A stretch of DNA of 55,875 nt from Nanobdellota archaeon (GTDB taxonomy: Archaea > Nanobdellota > Nanobdellia > Woesearchaeales > GW2011-AR4): NCBI GenBank assembly GCA_038046385.1, contig JBBSWH010000002.1, forward strand, positions 1 through 55,875. Direction: 5' to 3'. Made by a program: the position numbers and the translations under genes. The stretch's first letter is position 1, and each line of letters begins with the position of its first letter. This document shows positions 55,065-55,875 of this stretch, piece by piece. The notes beneath the pieces are model-generated. The model searched no databases and was not told the DNA's origin. It saw nothing but the letters and a program-made list of their open reading frames with translations.

Positions 55065-55580
55065 TTATATTTTTCCTTCGAAAGCAATGTCTTCTTCAAT
55101 CATCACAGTGTAATCTGTGTCTCCTGATGCAGACGCTGATGCCCCTATTTCCTGCGGCTCTCCAAGAGATTGCACGCAGGCTGTTTCTTTGTTTGCATCA
55201 TAAATGTCAAATTCCAGTTTTGATTTGTCTGAATATTCTGTCATTTTTATTTTCCAGTCAACGCATGGCGTTGATCTTTGCAAAACCCCTGTGAGTATTG
55301 CCTTTCCATCCTTAAATCCCAATGTCAAATCACCTTTTTTTGAATGAATTATCCTGTCGGAGTCTGTCTTTATTCTCTGGACAAACACTTTTCCGTCAAT
55401 ATTGCACTTTGCAGGATATGATATTGTTACAGGGTATTCTGCGTTTTTGCACTCGTCGAATGTGTCTATCACATTTCCTGTAAGATTGTTTCCATTTTCC
55501 AATATTTTCTTTGAAAACATAAACAATCCCACAGTTATTGCAAACATAATGATTATAATCATTGTTTTTGCGTGCCTCAT
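55065..55580 (-). CDS. Membrane-anchored hypothetical protein
   Basis: N-terminal TM; IDTFDEC..YPV..SYPAKC small Cys domain. Confidence 0.75.
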   Translation of the reverse strand: MRHAKTMIIIIMFAITVGLFMFSKKILENGNNLTGNVIDTFDECKNAEYPVTISYPAKCNIDGKVFVQRIKTDSDRIIHSKKGDLTLGFKDGKAILTGVLQRSTPCVDWKIKMTEYSDKSKLEFDIYDANKETACVQSLGEPQEIGASASASGDTDYTVMIEEDIAFEGKI

Positions 55581-55839
55581 GGTGTTAGTGGATATCTGAA
55601 GTATATAAATAACTGGTTATAACTTTAAACAAATTTGAAGTTATTGGTTGTTTTTGTTAGGCTGAGTGCATGCGCCGGAATATGCTCCAAACGGTGTACA
55701 CAATTAAAAAAATGACAACAAAAGTTATTATCAGATGGCTTAAAGAAAACATTGCAAAATCAATCACGTAGCCTCTGCCGAGAGTTATATCTCCGCATGC
55801 AGAGTCTATGCATTTCCCGGTTAAAATGACCTCCTCTCG

Positions 55840-55860
55840 CACCCTAAAGGGTGGAGTTTC
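55840..55860. repeat. IS200/IS605-like subterminal hairpin CACCC-TAAA-GGGTG-GAGTTTC
   Basis: Perfect short hairpin at the window edge; no transposase visible in the window. Confidence 0.4.
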
Positions 55861-55875
55861 CTTTAGGTAAAAGCA

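Noticed and set aside
55657-55842. 61-aa ORF at the window end
   Set aside because: Start lies in a hairpin repeat and it has no recognisable family; at most a short TM peptide.

Overview
Low-GC archaeal chromosomal segment, most consistent with a DPANN (Woesearchaeota-like) organism; this taxonomic call is an inference. Archaeal markers include aIF2-alpha, L44e, S27e, Nop10, GINS, prefoldin, PurP, a Hel308-type domain and an S-layer protein. It carries a de novo purine cluster (purP x2, guaA, purF, purD, prs), lower glycolysis (eno, gpmI), galT, ftsY, scpA, a VapBC pair, a MoxR/vWA/DUF58 operon, thrS, tRNA-Gly and a tRNA-Val(UAC) with three introns. The most unusual signals are non-coding. 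(i) Stranded, synonymous-diverged copies of core-gene ends are present (thrS 3' end three times, guaA 3' end twice, a 50-bp promoter/ATG repeat); the thrS and promoter copies bracket single reverse-strand cargo genes, suggesting serial, integrase-free cassette stacking. (ii) A modular family of small hairpin elements uses GCGAGC tandem-GA stems and cGNAg/cAAAg triloops; these nest into each other, and one unit is shared with a tRNA intron. Also notable are a tandem MutS-ATPase paralog pair behind a half Hel308, a Tat-exported NagZ-like GH3, and a 'mini' S-layer paralog.
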